Shown: positions 44,880-54,659, counted from the stretch's first letter. The stretch is 64,000 nucleotides of DNA from Luteolibacter sp. (GCF_039920825.1 NZ_JBDSCX010000003.1:25385-89384); one strand, 5' to 3'. Notes: generated by a model from the sequence alone, not told the origin. Made by a program: numbers and translations.

Positions 44880-45650
44880 ATGACGCGCTCCCCGCTTTAC
44901 CTCAGCTACGGCATGCCGAAGTCGGGAAGCACGCTCGCTTTCGAACTGACGCGGACGATGCTCGAACTCGCCGGAGTTCCCCAAATCAAAATCGGCGAAG
45001 GCGTCACCGATCCGGAGGCGAAGATCAATTTCGTCCACAAGCTCGATGGCCCGGGATACGAAAAACTGCGCGACGAGGCGAAGACCATTTCCCGTCCGAT
45101 CGTGATCAAAACCCATTCGCGATTGTTTCCGCGTCTGGAGAAACTGCTGCAAAGCGGGAAATTGTTAGGCCACGCCATCTGCCGCGATCCGCGCGACATG
45201 GCGCTCTCCATGTTGGACGCCGCACGCGAAGGCCGCGCCTGGGGCGGCAGCGAGGAAACCCGTTTCAAGACCGTGGCGGATACCGAGAAACGCCTTCACA
45301 AGAGCATCGAGATGTTTACGAAATGGGCCGCATCGCCTAACATCATGCCGATCCACTATGAGCGCCTGGCCTTCGATACCGAGACCGTCGCCGCCGAGAT
45401 CGCCGCGCAACTCGGCATCACGGTGGACATTCCCAAAGCCATCGAAATCGCGACCGGCACCAAGTTCACCCAGCTCAACCAAGGCGTTTCCCAACGCTGG
45501 AAAACCCAGATGGATCCCGCCGACGCGAAGCGGCTGGAGGTGACGTTCAAGGATTACATCCAGACCTACTGTCAGGATGTGCCGTCCGCACCCAAGGAAC
45601 GCAAGCCTCCCTCGGGATTCCTCGCGAAGTGGCTGCCGCGTAAGGGTTAG
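44880..45650 (+). CDS. Sulfotransferase-fold protein
   Basis: SYGMPKSGST (5'-PSB), IKTHS, CRDPRDMALS (3'-PB), IHYERL. Confidence 0.78.
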   Translation: MTRSPLYLSYGMPKSGSTLAFELTRTMLELAGVPQIKIGEGVTDPEAKINFVHKLDGPGYEKLRDEAKTISRPIVIKTHSRLFPRLEKLLQSGKLLGHAICRDPRDMALSMLDAAREGRAWGGSEETRFKTVADTEKRLHKSIEMFTKWAASPNIMPIHYERLAFDTETVAAEIAAQLGITVDIPKAIEIATGTKFTQLNQGVSQRWKTQMDPADAKRLEVTFKDYIQTYCQDVPSAPKERKPPSGFLAKWLPRKG

Positions 45651-45705
45651 AAATCCGGATGGATCTCCGTCCCCGCTGTGTTTGTCGAATTAAGACCTGC
45701 CTGTG

Positions 45706-46065
45706 TCATCGCCGCCATGTTTCCCGCTGGTAACACGCGGGAGTCACCTGATGGAAGGCTTGGAACTCACGCCTGAAATTCCCGACCGCCGAAAAGCCAA
45801 GCGCCAACGCGACGTCGCCCGGCGATCTTCCACCTGCCAGCATCCGGCGCGCCACCACCATCCGCTCGTTCCTCATCCACTCCTTCGGCGGCAGGCCCAC
45901 GTCGTCCAGAAACACTTTGTAAAAATAGCGCTCACTGCATTCCAGCGACGCACAAACCTCGCCGATCCGATAGCCACATTTGAGCACCAGACGTTGGAGG
46001 CAGGCTGTTTTACCCGGTTGCACGAACAGAATTCTCCACGTCCTCTCCGCCCTCACGATCCGCAT
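45706..46065 (-). CDS. Stand-alone AraC-family HTH protein
   Basis: CSERYFYKVFLDDVGLPPKEWMRNERMVVARRML...VALALGFS...FRREF...TP. Confidence 0.8.
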   Translation of the reverse strand: MRIVRAERTWRILFVQPGKTACLQRLVLKCGYRIGEVCASLECSERYFYKVFLDDVGLPPKEWMRNERMVVARRMLAGGRSPGDVALALGFSAVGNFRREFQAFHQVTPACYQRETWRR

Positions 46066-46467
46066 TGGGAAACAGCTAACCGGACCCTCCGCCGCCAGCA
46101 AGCGGAAGTTAGATTATTTCGGGAAAATAACGATGGCAGGGGCCGACCTCCGGGCGGTCCGCGTGAATGACTGGCGAATGCCCGGCTAAGGAAAAAACCT
46201 GCCCGGTCCTCGCCGCTGTTTTCATTCTCATCCCTTTCGCCTGACCGTTGCGCTCTAACTAAGGATTCCTCGAATATCAGAAAACACGGAACCCTGTTCC
46301 GAATTGGCATCTCTCAGTTCCTTGCCCGCGCCCCCGCCGCCGGATTGGATCCGCGATGACGGGCCACACCTGATAGGCCGACTGCGGACAACCTTTCCAA
46401 CAGGAAGGAATCCGCCAGCCGCTTCGAAGACTCCCCGTCGATTGAAAACAACAACCTAACCACCACC

Positions 46468-46950
46468 ATGCCCTACACCAATATCGACGCCACCATCACC
46501 GACGCGCAACGCACCGCCGTTTTCGCCGCCATCACCGACATCGAGACCAATCTCAGTTTCCTCGTCAACCTGACCAACTCCGAGCGCCAGGCGCTGCCGA
46601 AGATGGGCAGCGCGACCCAGTCATTCGTTTCCAAAGCCCTGGAAATCGCCACCAACAACCCGCAATTCGTGCCGCCTTATGCCGATGTGGCCGGAATGAA
46701 AAAGGACTACGACCTCGCCGTCCGCCTGCAAGGCATCGAAATGCAGCTCGCCTCGCTCCACGAAAAGGTGTCCGACACAAATCTCGCCGCCGGTTCCGAG
46801 GCGTATGTGACCGGCCTCACCCTCTACAACTCGATCAAGGCCGCTGCAAAGGTCAATGTGCCCGGAGCCAAAGCCCTCGCGACCGAGTTGGCCGAGCGCT
46901 TCGCAGCAACCACAACCACCCCGGCCGCTCCCGAACCCGTCCCAGCCTGA
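46468..46950 (+). CDS. Conserved all-helical hypothetical protein (160 aa)
   Basis: Clean high-GC3 codon use. FLVNLTNSERQALPKMG, FVSKAL, DTNLAAGSEAY resemble a family I recall as unannotated in several phyla. Confidence 0.85.
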   Translation: MPYTNIDATITDAQRTAVFAAITDIETNLSFLVNLTNSERQALPKMGSATQSFVSKALEIATNNPQFVPPYADVAGMKKDYDLAVRLQGIEMQLASLHEKVSDTNLAAGSEAYVTGLTLYNSIKAAAKVNVPGAKALATELAERFAATTTTPAAPEPVPA

Positions 46951-46981
46951 TCTAAACTCCATAAATCTCTGATTTTCAAAC

Positions 46982-47019
46982 AACCACCACCGGAGAATTC
47001 CGGTGGTGGTTCGTTTTTT
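46982..47019 (+). terminator. Rho-independent terminator
   Basis: 13-bp stem aaccaccaccgga-gaat-tccggtggtggtt followed by cgtttttt. Confidence 0.9.
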
Positions 47020-47049
47020 ACGGGGTGGAACACGCCCCAAAGCGCCACC

Positions 47050-47310
47050 TTACCCCCACCTCCGAAGTGGGGGTGCCCACTTCCGAAGTCCCCCCTCCCA
47101 CTTCGGAACCGTGACCCCGGAGTTCTGAACTGCGGTAGCCGAGTCCCAGCCTGCGACGGCGCGGTCCCGAACCACGAAGCCCGAGCTTGGAACTCCGGTG
47201 CCTGACTTCCGAACCGCCCGCGCCCGGTTGGGAACCTCGGTGGCGGAGTCCATCACCGCAGCCTCGGAGTTTGGAGCTCCACTCACGCGGTCCAGAACTC
47301 CGCTCGCCAT
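47050..47310 (-). CDS. Possible 86-aa heptad-repeat ORF coinciding with the array (may be non-coding)
   Basis: ATG directly abuts unit 12 and TAA follows unit 1: MASGVLDR-VSGAPNS-EAAVMDS-ATEVPNR... Confidence 0.3.
   Translation of the reverse strand: MASGVLDRVSGAPNSEAAVMDSATEVPNRARAVRKSGTGVPSSGFVVRDRAVAGWDSATAVQNSGVTVPKWEGGLRKWAPPLRRWG
47056..47307. repeat. Degenerate tandem array, 12 x 21 bp
   Basis: Units in exact 21-nt register, e.g. ccacctccgaagtgggggtgc / ccacttccgaagtcccccctc / ggagttctgaactgcggtagc / tgacttccgaaccgcccgcgc. Confidence 0.85.
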
Positions 47311-47430
47311 GTTTAGAGGTGGGGCAATGCCACCCACGGCCTGTTTTGGATAGAAACACCGTCGCCTGCGCGGGGAATGAGTCGGATATTCTTCTTGCCC
47401 GCATAGTACTGCCCCGGTTGACTTAGTGCG

Positions 47431-47620
47431 TCCATTCCGGTGGATGGGGTCTGAAAAACTTCGCAACTAGCGGTCGGCATCGACCGCAAACCGATGCCGC
47501 AAAACCGACCCAAGGGCCGGGGGGGCGGTGGCGTATGTCCAGGCCGCCTCTTCGGGGGAGGCTAAAGGCCACGGCGGTCGACTAGTTGCGACTTTTTCAC
47601 TCCCCGTCCACCAGGAAGGA
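47431..47620. other. ~190-nt element bounded by ~40-bp imperfect inverted repeats, with internal hairpins
   Basis: tccattccggtggatggggtctgaaaaacttcgcaactag (47431-70) versus the reverse complement of 47582-47620, tccttcctggtggacggggagtgaaaaagtcgcaactag. Confidence 0.75.
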
Positions 47621-47657
47621 CTCGATCACTTCCTCATTTTATTTTATCCGATTCATT

Positions 47658-50600
47658 ATGAAATCTCTTCCGGTCGTTTTGTGCCTGTCGCTTGCAACCC
47701 TCGTCTTCGGTCGCGATTTCCGCCCGGAGTCGCATTTTGAAAACATCCCGTTGGAAGACTCCTCGATCCAGCAGTGCTACGTTTTCCACACTACGGCGGG
47801 AGTGGAATATCGGGTGGAATCCTCAAACGATCTGATCCACTGGACCACGCAGGATGAAATCTACGGCTTGGGAAACGAATATGTCGTGACCATGCGGGAA
47901 TACACCCCGCCGCCTCCGCCACCACCGGGCACTCCACCAGCAGTGCGGCCCGCTCCGGCCAAAAACACCAGTGTCCTGTTTCATCGGTCTTCCGGCGCGT
48001 CGGGCGGCACTGTTATTTCGTGGCGGTCGTTGGATCATGGCGGCCCGGTCGTCGTCAGGATTGCCGGGGAAATGGTCGCCGGTTGGGATCTCATGCCCCT
48101 TTATTCGGACCGCTACGACGCCTATTATTTCTTCATCATGTATGCGGGGGACGTGGCCAATCCGCCTGCGGAAAACCCACCGCTCGGTCCTAACGACACC
48201 GCGATGCTTGCGGTGTTGGAGGCCAGCCTGCCGTCGATGAACCAGAAGGTCTCCGATTCCGCCGCCCGCGCCCGCAATTCACCCCCGCCAGCGCCGGCGG
48301 ACCCTGATTCCAAGCGGTTCTGGCGCGTCCATGTGGACGCCGGCATCGACTCCGATCTCGACGGCAGCCCGGATTGGGCGGAGTTTGAAATCGCGGCGCG
48401 TGGGACCGGCAGCTTGGTTTCCGGCGTTTCGGGCGATGCTTTCGATGCCGATACTAACGCCGACGGCATCCCCGACGGAGACCAGCTGGATGCGGATCTG
48501 GATGGCGTTTCTGACTCCCAAGATCCCAAACCATCGGATAGCTCCGCCTTTTTTCCTGTAGGCCCCATCCCCCGCTACGCCTTATTCCCCATCCTATATC
48601 AACCCGAGTATCCGGATCCTTTCCAGATCAGTGATAAAGGCCGCGTGCTCTATCGAACGGGGTCTTGGTGTGCCGGAATCTGGACCCCTCTCGTTCCCCC
48701 GGCGGGTGGCATCCAAGGCAGTTCCCAGCCGGCCCACGCCTACGCGATCAATGACAACGACGTGATTGTGGGCGAGGGGACCTATCAGCTGAGTAGCGAC
48801 CCTGAATACCATGCGCGCATGGTTTATTATTGGCCAACGCCTGACGCCTCGCCTCGGCCGGTGCAAAACAGTCAGGATTTAAATGCGGGTTACGCATCTC
48901 ATTTCGTGGGCGACTATTACTACCACGGGTTCGCCCCGCGTCCTGTTCTTTCCAAGGACGGCCGTTTCACCGCGGTGACAAAGGAGTGGTCGGAGACTTC
49001 TGGCGGATATTCCACGACAAGCGTGCAGGGTAGCGATGGTACGTTCTACGAGAACGAACTCCGGGTAAGTGTTTGGACCTTGCCGATCGGAGCCGGAAAT
49101 CAATCAACTGAAGCCGATGGCTCCATCGAGATGCCATTTCATCGCGAATCCGGCCTTAACTGGGGATACACCGTGGCGCATGACCAGGACGGCAATGAAA
49201 CCGGGCCTCGCGAGGGTAAAGTCCTCGCTCCCGGAGAGTTGCCGAAGCTGCCTTTCGAGCCATACAACGTCTTCTCAACCACTAACGGTATCCTCGCTCT
49301 GCCACCCACGCATTTGGAAGAGTCACCGAAGCTGTTCCGCAACAACACCTGGCACGACAGTCCTTCATACCAATACGCTGCGGACATGGCCGACGACGGA
49401 GTGGCTATTGCCGACGGAAACGGAGCCGCCAAACTCGGCCTGACCGCGCCCATCCTCCTCAATGGAAAATGGGAGGGGATCGAACGCAGCACTCCAGGCT
49501 TGCCGCCAACAGAACCAACCGACCCCGTGTTGAGACTCCTCGATACCACTCCAAGCGGCTGGATCCTCGCCCAGACTGGAACTGGTGTAACAAAAACAGA
49601 CGCCACGATGTTACCGATTACGGTGAAGGGAAAATCCAGCGACACCTCGCTCGCCGACGGAGCGACCGGCGTGGATGAGTTTTCTATCCTTTGCGACAAT
49701 CCCGGCCCTTCGGTTCAGGACCGGATCTGGATCATGGCACCTTTGACGGAGGGCCAAACTAAATTCACCCTGAAAGCGCCAGTGAACCCCGCAGCACCGT
49801 TGAAGCTCAAGTTGGATACGGAAGGCATCCGTTTCGACGGCGCCACTGAGAAAATATTAACTGCTCCCGAGAACGAGGTTCTCATGGAATGTGTGTCCGC
49901 TAACGAAACCACCCGCGATGTGGAGTTGAACCTTTCGCTCGGCTCAGTGGAATCCATCAGCAAGCCTCTGGGAGTCAAAATCATGAAGGACCGGATCGTC
50001 AGGGTGAAGCCCTTCCTCGTCACCCAACGCACGGTGGTTCCCGATCCCGCCAACCCCGGCCAGTCTTTGATCAAAACCAATACACCAGACCTCACTCCCA
50101 CCCGCGCTACTCTGGAGAAGTATCTGAACGACGTTTTTGAACCGCAGGTGAACACCACGTTCGTTGTGGAGGAACCGACCGATCTGCAACTGGAGTGGGA
50201 TGCGAACGGCAACGGCTCGGCGGATCCAGCGAGTCCTGAAACTCCAGGTGCGGAACTCCAGCCCATGCTGGATCTGGCGGACGGATTTGCGGGGGACGCT
50301 GACATCAAGGTATTCTTCCTCGGGACCGACAAGAAGATCTATAAAGATAAAGCACGCGGACTGACAATGCCCGACACGAATAGCTGCTGGATTGTGGCGG
50401 ATACGCTTGCCAAACCTGACAAGCCCGAAACTGGCATTACCCTCTATGAGGTTGCCCAGACTACCGCTCATGAGATAGGTCATGTGATGGTGGGTTCCGG
50501 ACATCCCGATGGCGGTGATGGTCCAGCGCCGTTGCCAGGGACCGACCACCTCGAACGCCTGATGGTGGACGGAGAAAAGCTGCCGCACCTTAAGGTTGGT

Positions 50601-50705
50601 GATGTGACCCGTGCGATAGCCCGCAAGCATCGGCTCGTCAAAGGCGAGTGGGATGCAGCGGAGATTTGGCTGAGGGACAATGTCGACAATCACGGTGGGC
50701 TATGA
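47658..50705 (+). CDS. Large secreted protein with Ca-binding Asp repeats and C-terminal zinc metallopeptidase motif
   Basis: Signal MKSLPVVLCLSLATLVFG. DSDLDGSPD/DTNADGIPDGD repeats. TTAHEIGHVMVGSGH and a downstream RLM Met-turn-like motif. Confidence 0.82.
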   Translation: MKSLPVVLCLSLATLVFGRDFRPESHFENIPLEDSSIQQCYVFHTTAGVEYRVESSNDLIHWTTQDEIYGLGNEYVVTMREYTPPPPPPPGTPPAVRPAPAKNTSVLFHRSSGASGGTVISWRSLDHGGPVVVRIAGEMVAGWDLMPLYSDRYDAYYFFIMYAGDVANPPAENPPLGPNDTAMLAVLEASLPSMNQKVSDSAARARNSPPPAPADPDSKRFWRVHVDAGIDSDLDGSPDWAEFEIAARGTGSLVSGVSGDAFDADTNADGIPDGDQLDADLDGVSDSQDPKPSDSSAFFPVGPIPRYALFPILYQPEYPDPFQISDKGRVLYRTGSWCAGIWTPLVPPAGGIQGSSQPAHAYAINDNDVIVGEGTYQLSSDPEYHARMVYYWPTPDASPRPVQNSQDLNAGYASHFVGDYYYHGFAPRPVLSKDGRFTAVTKEWSETSGGYSTTSVQGSDGTFYENELRVSVWTLPIGAGNQSTEADGSIEMPFHRESGLNWGYTVAHDQDGNETGPREGKVLAPGELPKLPFEPYNVFSTTNGILALPPTHLEESPKLFRNNTWHDSPSYQYAADMADDGVAIADGNGAAKLGLTAPILLNGKWEGIERSTPGLPPTEPTDPVLRLLDTTPSGWILAQTGTGVTKTDATMLPITVKGKSSDTSLADGATGVDEFSILCDNPGPSVQDRIWIMAPLTEGQTKFTLKAPVNPAAPLKLKLDTEGIRFDGATEKILTAPENEVLMECVSANETTRDVELNLSLGSVESISKPLGVKIMKDRIVRVKPFLVTQRTVVPDPANPGQSLIKTNTPDLTPTRATLEKYLNDVFEPQVNTTFVVEEPTDLQLEWDANGNGSADPASPETPGAELQPMLDLADGFAGDADIKVFFLGTDKKIYKDKARGLTMPDTNSCWIVADTLAKPDKPETGITLYEVAQTTAHEIGHVMVGSGHPDGGDGPAPLPGTDHLERLMVDGEKLPHLKVGDVTRAIARKHRLVKGEWDAAEIWLRDNVDNHGGL

Positions 50706-51688
50706 AGATATTAGGCATTTTACAACTCATTTTTTTGTGTCTGTCTTGTTTTTCGCATGGAGATATTGATCGATCATGGAGTCGAACTGACACCGAGATT
50801 GACGCATCATTTGGATCGGCCGCAGCTCAAAGAGGCGCTTTGTCTCAACATGAGGCAATTGCTGATTGGAAGGAGAAGATAGATGCTTCGATAAACCTGC
50901 CTCCACAAGAATCCATTCCTCTCTTGGGAGAAGCTGTCAATAAACTTGCAAAAAAGAATATTTTCCAAGTCGAAGAACGTATTGAAGTTTACGATCAGGC
51001 ACGCGATCTCCTCCTTTCCACACCCGGCCACGCGGAATACTATCGTGACAGGATCAACGAAGCGCGGCTCAAGATGGAAAATTCGCGGGGCGATGCCGGA
51101 GATTATCCTTATTATAAAAATAAATTACGGGAGGTCATCCTATACGATTTTCCGATCTTTGAGCAACTCCCGAGTCCTGAAACCGTGAGGGTACTTGGCG
51201 AATTCCTTTTTGATGAACGGGGCTATGTCCGCGTGGACAACCCGAAGGATGAGAATGAGTTGTTCAAAATGATTGCCCAAGGCCCCGTCTTTGGTCGTGC
51301 GGCAAGGTCACTATTGGCGCTCCCGTTAGAGCACAAGCCGGTAGTGGACACGAGGTATCCCAGCTATACCAATCCCGAGGACATACTGCCGTGGCGGCAG
51401 TGGATTGAAGAGATCAAGGCTGGTAAACGCACCTTCCGCTTCGTGGGAGACCCGACGGAATACGATCTCAACGGCCCGGCCTCACAGGAAAAGCTGACTC
51501 GCCTCGCAATGAACAGGGAGCGGGATGAGGAGCGTGCGGTGGGGCACAACAGACCTTCGTCTGCTCCAGAAGCCGAGTCTGCCGTCACTCGAATTGGCAA
51601 GCCATCCACCATCGCCGGGATTCTTGCGGGTTGCGCCCTTGTTGCGGCTGCGGTTTGGTATTTTCTCAGAGGGCGAAAGACCGCGTAA
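50702..51688 (+). CDS. Secreted, C-terminally anchored hypothetical protein coupled to the metallopeptidase gene
   Basis: ATGA overlap at 50702-05. Signal MKILGILQLIFLCLSCFS. C-terminal TM + basic tail IAGILAGCALVAAAVWYFLRGRKTA. Visibly AT-richer. Confidence 0.8.
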   Translation: MKILGILQLIFLCLSCFSHGDIDRSWSRTDTEIDASFGSAAAQRGALSQHEAIADWKEKIDASINLPPQESIPLLGEAVNKLAKKNIFQVEERIEVYDQARDLLLSTPGHAEYYRDRINEARLKMENSRGDAGDYPYYKNKLREVILYDFPIFEQLPSPETVRVLGEFLFDERGYVRVDNPKDENELFKMIAQGPVFGRAARSLLALPLEHKPVVDTRYPSYTNPEDILPWRQWIEEIKAGKRTFRFVGDPTEYDLNGPASQEKLTRLAMNRERDEERAVGHNRPSSAPEAESAVTRIGKPSTIAGILAGCALVAAAVWYFLRGRKTA

Positions 51689-51774
51689 GGAAAAGTTAGA
51701 AGTGTGTTCCGGCTGTCTCAGCCGGAATATTCAGCGGCTTCGCACCCGGCTGAGACAGCCGGGACACATTATAG

Positions 51775-53088
51775 TTAGAAATCCAGATAGATCTCCGTCC
51801 GGCGGTTGGCGCGGCGGCCTTCGGGATTGTCGTCGCCGGTTTCGGTGGTGTTGGGGCGGCGCGGCTGGCTGTCGCCCTTGGCCACGGTGATGATCTGTTT
51901 GGCATCCACACCCGCCTTGGTGAGATAGTCGCGGACGACATCGGCGCGGCGGGAGGAGAGCTGGTTGTTGTAGTCCTTGGTGCCGAGCGCGTCGGTGTGG
52001 CCGCTGAGCGTGATCTTCTTGCCGGGATCGGACTTGAGGATGAGGGTGACGATTTCCAACTGGCGGCGCGTGCGGGGGTTCATCACGTCCTCGTTGAACT
52101 CGAAGTAGAGCGCGAGCGTGTCGCCACCGGCGGGATTCTTGACGAGCGGCGAGTAGTAGATGTCGCCGCCGGCGACGCGGCGGGCGTAGTCGGCGAGGAG
52201 TTGGTTGAGATTGATTTCCGAGACGATCCAGTTAGACGGCGCGGGAGGTTGTTTGAGGGTCATCGCGAATTGCGCGGTTTCCTTGCCGTCGGTGCTTTCG
52301 ACATTGGCGAGATAACCGACGGTGTCCTGGCGCTGGAACATCGAACGCAGCGGCTTGGATTTGCGGAGCCGGTAGTTGCCCTCTTCAAACAGAATGCACA
52401 GCCCGGCGATCTTGGCGTCCGATACGGTCGCGGGATCGACAAAGGCGCGGGCGAACTCGAAATCCTGCTTCAGCACGGCTTGGAGAAACGCATCGGCCAC
52501 GCCTAACGAATCCGCGAAGACCGCCTTGGGAATCGGCTCGCCGGGACCGGGGGGCAGAGTGATTTTTTCGACCGCCCACTTGCCCTGGTTGCGGCGGAGA
52601 TCGAGGAAAATGCTGTCGCGGCCGGGTTCCTGACCGGCGAGTTCGAGAGCCCAGCGCGAGCGGGCGTTGAGCTCGAGTTCGCCGACTTCGCGCACGCCGT
52701 CGGGCTGGCGGAGGCGGAGCGGCGTGGCGGAAAGTTCCTTGAGGCGGGCGATGGTTTGCGAATCGAGCGCGTCCTTGCCGATGAGGCGGCCGACCTTCGC
52801 GAGATCACCCGCTTCGAGCGCCTTGGCGATTTGTGAAACGAGCACCGCTGGATCCGCGGCGGTCACACCGACGCCGAGATCTGCTAGGACGGTGTCGGCA
52901 TCCTCGGGTGCGACCGGCTCGGCCAGGCCATTGATTTTTGGCGGAGCCACCGGTGATGCGACTTGCGGATGAACGGCTTCGGGTGTCTTCGGATGGACGC
53001 CGGGGCGGACGATCAGCAAGACCAGGGCCGCTGCGGAGATCACCGCCGCAAGACCGAGGAAAAAGTAGGGAAGCTTGGATCGTTGCAT
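51775..53088 (-). CDS. OmpA/MotB-like peptidoglycan-binding domain protein
   Basis: LYFEFN, LSGHTDALG..YNNQLSSRRADVV..YL, NRRTEI. N-terminal TM. Confidence 0.9.
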   Translation of the reverse strand: MQRSKLPYFFLGLAAVISAAALVLLIVRPGVHPKTPEAVHPQVASPVAPPKINGLAEPVAPEDADTVLADLGVGVTAADPAVLVSQIAKALEAGDLAKVGRLIGKDALDSQTIARLKELSATPLRLRQPDGVREVGELELNARSRWALELAGQEPGRDSIFLDLRRNQGKWAVEKITLPPGPGEPIPKAVFADSLGVADAFLQAVLKQDFEFARAFVDPATVSDAKIAGLCILFEEGNYRLRKSKPLRSMFQRQDTVGYLANVESTDGKETAQFAMTLKQPPAPSNWIVSEINLNQLLADYARRVAGGDIYYSPLVKNPAGGDTLALYFEFNEDVMNPRTRRQLEIVTLILKSDPGKKITLSGHTDALGTKDYNNQLSSRRADVVRDYLTKAGVDAKQIITVAKGDSQPRRPNTTETGDDNPEGRRANRRTEIYLDF

Positions 53089-53141
53089 GTGAGGCTCGGT
53101 TAAAACGACAGGGAGACTTGGTAAATTTCAGCCAATCCGGA

Positions 53142-54659
53142 TCATTGCTGGCGGGGCAGCGCCGGGATCAATGCGCGGAAGAGCTGCCCTTCCCGGACGA
53201 CATTGAGAGTGGTATCCTGCGCCGCGGCGAACGCGGACAAATCGATTCTGAATTTGTTCGCACTGATCACGGGAGAATTGTTCATCGTGACGATGAGATC
53301 TCCGGGGAGGAACCGGGATTTTGCGATTCCATCATCGGTGAGGCTGGTCACGAGCACGCCTTGGAAGCCACCGGCGCGCTCGGCGGGTTCAAGGTCACGA
53401 ACCGTGATGCCGAGTGCTTTCCATGCCTCGTCGGGAGTCATGGTGCGGGACTGGGCCGTGGGATTGGCCGGGACAGCGATGGCTGGATTCGCGACTCCGG
53501 CCTCGGCGATAGTGGCGGAGATTTTCAACGACTTTCCTTTGCGCCAGACATCGAGGTTGATGACGGTGCCTACTTTGGTGCGCTGCAGAAGTGATAGAAG
53601 CTGGGTGGTGGAATGGATTTTCTCGTCGTTCACCACGCGAACGATATCACCGGCCTGGAGTCCTGCGGATTGGGCGGGTGAGCCTTGGAAAACGTTCAGG
53701 ATCAGCACGCCGTTTTCCTCCTGATAGCCAAGGATGGCGCGCGACCGCTGGTCGAGGTCATTGAGTTTCACGCCGAGAAATCCGCGGATCGGTTTGCCGC
53801 GTTCGAGGATCTGGAACAGCGCGTCCTTGACGTCGTTGGACGGGATGGAAAAGCCGACGCCCTGAAACGCGGGCTTCTCTTTGTCGCGGGAGAAAATCGC
53901 GGCGTTGATGCCGATGATCTCGCCGCGCAGGTTGACGAGCGGGCCGCCGGAGTTGCCGGGGTTGATGGCGGCGTCCGTTTGGAAGAGGTCGCGCTGGGTG
54001 TCCGAGAGCGAGCGTTCTTTGGCGGAAATGATGCCCTGCGTGACGGTTTCGCCGAGGCCGAATGGATTGCCCACGGCGAAGACGATTTGCCCGACTTGGG
54101 CTTGGGAAGAGTCGCCGAGTTTCAGCGGAACGAAGGTTTCGTTGGAATCGATTTTCAAGACCGCGATGTCGAGAAGCGTGTCCTCGCCGACCAGCGTGGC
54201 ATCGTAAGTTTTTTCGCCGTGGAGGGTGATTTTGATTTTCTGCGAGCCGGCGATGACGTGGTGGTTGGTGACGATGTAGCCTTCCTTGGCGACGATCACG
54301 CCGGAACCCTGGCCCTGGGTCGGATAGTCACGGATGCGAATCTGGCCGAAGATGTCGATTCCCTGCTCTCTGCCGATGCCGACGGTATCGATGCTGACGA
54401 CGGAAGGCACTACGGCTTCGGTCAATTTCGCATACTCGTTGTTGAGGCGGGAGAGCAGTTCGACGTCGCCGAGATCCAGCGGCGCCTTTTCCGGCCAGGT
54501 GACCTGCAGGGGGTGGAAATCGCCGGACTTCTTGGAGAGCCATGGCAGGAGGGTGCGCAAACTACCGCCGGAATTCCAGGTCCGGATGGCGGTGACGGCG
54601 ACAAACGCGATGGCGAAGACGGCCGCGAGCGCGAGCAAGCGTCGGAAAGATAGCTTCAT
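53142..54659 (-). CDS. HtrA/DegP-family serine protease with PDZ domains
   Basis: GSGVI, VTNHHV, DIAVLKI, QTDAAINPGNSGGPL, GLQAGDIV. Start MKLSFRR at 54659. Confidence 0.93.
   Translation of the reverse strand: MKLSFRRLLALAAVFAIAFVAVTAIRTWNSGGSLRTLLPWLSKKSGDFHPLQVTWPEKAPLDLGDVELLSRLNNEYAKLTEAVVPSVVSIDTVGIGREQGIDIFGQIRIRDYPTQGQGSGVIVAKEGYIVTNHHVIAGSQKIKITLHGEKTYDATLVGEDTLLDIAVLKIDSNETFVPLKLGDSSQAQVGQIVFAVGNPFGLGETVTQGIISAKERSLSDTQRDLFQTDAAINPGNSGGPLVNLRGEIIGINAAIFSRDKEKPAFQGVGFSIPSNDVKDALFQILERGKPIRGFLGVKLNDLDQRSRAILGYQEENGVLILNVFQGSPAQSAGLQAGDIVRVVNDEKIHSTTQLLSLLQRTKVGTVINLDVWRKGKSLKISATIAEAGVANPAIAVPANPTAQSRTMTPDEAWKALGITVRDLEPAERAGGFQGVLVTSLTDDGIAKSRFLPGDLIVTMNNSPVISANKFRIDLSAFAAAQDTTLNVVREGQLFRALIPALPRQQ

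Noticed and set aside
47056-47307. CRISPR interpretation of the 21-bp array
   Set aside because: No identical repeats with unique spacers, unit too short, and no cas genes in the window.
47431-47620. Retron msr-msd call
   Set aside because: No reverse transcriptase gene in the window. Kept only as an unassigned structured element.
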